DNA of 64,000 bases, taken from the NCBI RefSeq assembly GCF_009914755.1, contig NC_060942.1, one strand, 5' to 3'. Below the pieces are notes generated by a model. That model did no database searches and had not been told where the DNA came from. It saw only the letters and a list, made by a program, of their open reading frames with translations. A program made the translations under genes and the position numbers. This document shows positions 61,245 to 64,000 of the stretch, piece by piece. Source of the DNA: the human T2T-CHM13v2.0 reference genome, Homo sapiens. The number at the start of each line of letters is the position of its first letter. Positions within the stretch are counted from its first letter, which is position 1.

Positions 61245-63700
61245 TATCACCTACTGGAGGGCCAAAATCCAAAACACTGATAACACCAAGTCCTGGCAAG
61301 GATGTGGAACGACAAGGCCTCTCATTCACTGCTGGCGGGGATACAAAATGATACAGTCATTTAGAAGACAGTTTGGCATTTTTTTTTCTTACAGAAAGAA
61401 AATATATTTTTACCATATGACCCCGCAATTACGCTTTTTGGTATTTACCCAAATGAGTTGAAACAAAACCTGAAAACAGATGTTTACAGCAGCTTTATTT
61501 ATAATTGCCAACATTTGAAAGTAACCAAAATGTCCTTTACTAGGTAAATGGATAAATATACTGTATTACATCCAGACAGTGGAATAATATTCAGCACTAA
61601 AAAAGTAAGTTATCAAGTCACAAAAAGACATGCAGGAAACTAAAGTAAAAAACACAATCTGAGAAAAGTACATACTGCATGATTCCAACTATGACATTCT
61701 GGAAAAGACAAAACTATGTATATAATAAAAGGATCAGTGGTTGCCAGGTATCAGTGGGGAAGGAGAGAGAGATGAATAGGCCAAGCACAGGGAATGTTTA
61801 GGACAGTGAACCTATACTGTATGATACTATAATGGTAGATAAATGTCATTATAGTTTTGTCAAAACTCATAGAATATATAACACCAAGAGTGAAACCTAT
61901 GTAAACTATGGACTGGGTGATATTGACTTGTTAATGTAGTTCTATCAATTGTAACAAATGTATCAATCTTGCATAGGATATGGATAGTGGGGAAGACTGT
62001 GCATGTGTGAGCACAGGGAGTATATAGGAACTCACTATTTTCCACTCAATTTTGCTGTGAACATAAAACTGCTTTAAAAAAATAAAATATCTAAAAAAAA
62101 ACAAACCAAAACAAAATACAGCTAACATCATACTTAATCATAAAACTGAATGCTTTTTCCCTAAGATGGGGAACTAGGCAACGATCTTTTCTCACTACTG
62201 TTGTTCACTATCATACTGCAAATCCAAGGTAGAACAATAAGACAAGAAAAGGAAATAAAAGGCATACTGATTTACAACTTCCTTTCTTCCTTTGTTTGCA
62301 AACTAAACGTGCATATAGAAAATCCTAACGAATTGATAAAAGCAACAACAGCAAACAAAAGACAAACTCCTGGAGATGCTAAGTGATTATAGCAGGTTTG
62401 CAGCATACAATCTTACTATATGAAAGCCTATATAAAATCTTACTATATAAGAGATAATTTACTATATAAAAGGTAATTACACGAAATGTCAATGTTATCA
62501 AGGCCTCAATGGTTTGACTTTGCTAATGTTTAGGTTCTGTATACCAGTAAAAAGTCTTGGGATTAGAAATGAAAAACACGATCTTCTTTACATTAGCACA
62601 ATAAAGTAATACTTAGGTACAAATGTAACAAAAGTATACAAGATCTATGTGAGGAAAAATAAAAAATTGTGATGAAAGAAAGAATATCTAATTAAATGAG
62701 GAGATACTCTACTTTAATGCATAGAAATAGTCAACATTAAGATGTTAGTTCTCCCTAATTTGATCTACAGATTCAATGCAATTCCAATAAAAATTCCAGC
62801 AAACTATTTTGTGGATATCAAAACCTGATGATAATGTTTATATGAAAAGATAAAAGACACATAATAGCCAACACAGTACTGAAGAAAAGCAACGAGTTGA
62901 AAGAGAGGCACTCAAAAAAGGTTTATGCTGTAAATCCTACAGTAACCACTAAAAATTAAAAAAGACATATAACTAATAGCCATTGGTGGAATTTTAAAAA
63001 CAGCCCACAACCCTCAATTAAGAAAATAGAAGCAAAAATGTATAGGAGATAGAACACATGAAGCAAATAGAAAATACTACTTAAGATGGTCATTTTAAAG
63101 CCAACCATATGGATAATTACATGAAATGTCAATGTTCTCAAGGAGTCAATTGAAAGTAAGAGAATATGATGCTGGAATAAACAGATGTGACAATTTTAAG
63201 TTGAAAGTTAAAAAAAAGGAAAGGGTGAGAAAATGATAAAGGAGTCAATTCATCAAGAAAATATCACTTTCCTATGTGTATTCTCCTTCAATAAAAGTAA
63301 TAAAATTTAAAAAGGAATTAAATCTACATACAACCAGAGGTTAAGACTTCAATTTTCTCTCAGTAATTTATACCAGAAATGGAGAGAATGGATAGAATAT
63401 CGACAAGAATAAAGACCGAAAAACCATACAATCAATTTGATGTACTTGACAACAGAGGTGTCCTCCATGCCAAAAGAACAGACATAGGTAGCAAATATGC
63501 ATATGAAAAGACTGTCACTATCATTAGTCATTAGAAAAATGCAAATCAAACCATAATGAAGAACTGCTACACACTTACTAGAATAACTAAAAATAAAAAC
63601 TGACAATATCAAGTGCTGCTGAAGATGTGAAGCAACAGGAACTCTCAGAGATTGCTAGTAGTAATGAAAGTAGAGCAATCACTTTGGCAAACAGTTGCAC
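61245..63700 (+). mobile_element. Several old L1M fragments
   Basis: L1 3'UTR and ORF2 remnants (agattcaatgcaattccaataaaaattccagc; gcaaatcaaaccataatga). Confidence 0.7.
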
Positions 63701-63714
63701 AGGATTTTTCTATT

Positions 63715-64000
63715 TTGTTTGTTTGTTTCTGTTTGTTTGTTTGTTTGTTTGTTTGTTTTGGGATGGAGTCTTACTCTGTAGCCCAAGCTGGAGTGCAATG
63801 CCACTATCAGGGCTCACTGCAGCCTCTACTTCCTAGGCTCAAGTGGTCCTCCCACCTCAGCCCCTGAAAGAAGCTGTAACTACAGGTGCATGCCATCATT
63901 CCCAGCTAATTTTTTTTTAATTTTACTGGAGACAAGTTCTCACTGTGTTGCCCAGGCTGGTCTCAAACTCCTGAGCTCAAGTGATCCTCCAATTTCAGCC
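63715..64000 (-). mobile_element. Alu (AluJ-like), running off the window end
   Basis: (TTTG)n tail followed by reverse Alu. Confidence 0.9.

Overview
This is primate (human/hominid-like) AT-rich, repeat-dense genomic DNA with no intact protein-coding gene that I can support. The first 27 kb hold the 3' nine coding exons (+ strand, 980-27030) of an unprocessed glutamate-decarboxylase-like gene whose exon sizes and phases match GAD1/GAD2. It most likely is the lost third vertebrate GAD paralog, GAD3 (GAD3P; recalled to lie near MC4R on 18q21.32, not verifiable here). I can read three clear inactivating lesions: a +1 A in an A9 run (3339-3347), an AG>AT acceptor loss at the exon carrying the PLP lysine (5278-5279), and a +1 T in a T7 run in the last exon (26950-26956). 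The corrected frame otherwise has no stops. A processed CTBP2 pseudogene lies at about 43459-46438. Notable structures are: a 245-bp, about 96% identical inverted duplication fused to a 3x ~86-91 bp tandem repeat (15969-17208); two inverted L1PA copies that bracket the last four GAD-like exons and appear to share private variants; and inverted Alus around the damaged exons. The remainder is Alu, L1, L2/MIR, MaLR, ERV solo LTRs and DNA-transposon relics. Repeat subfamily names come from recalled consensus sequences and need RepeatMasker confirmation.
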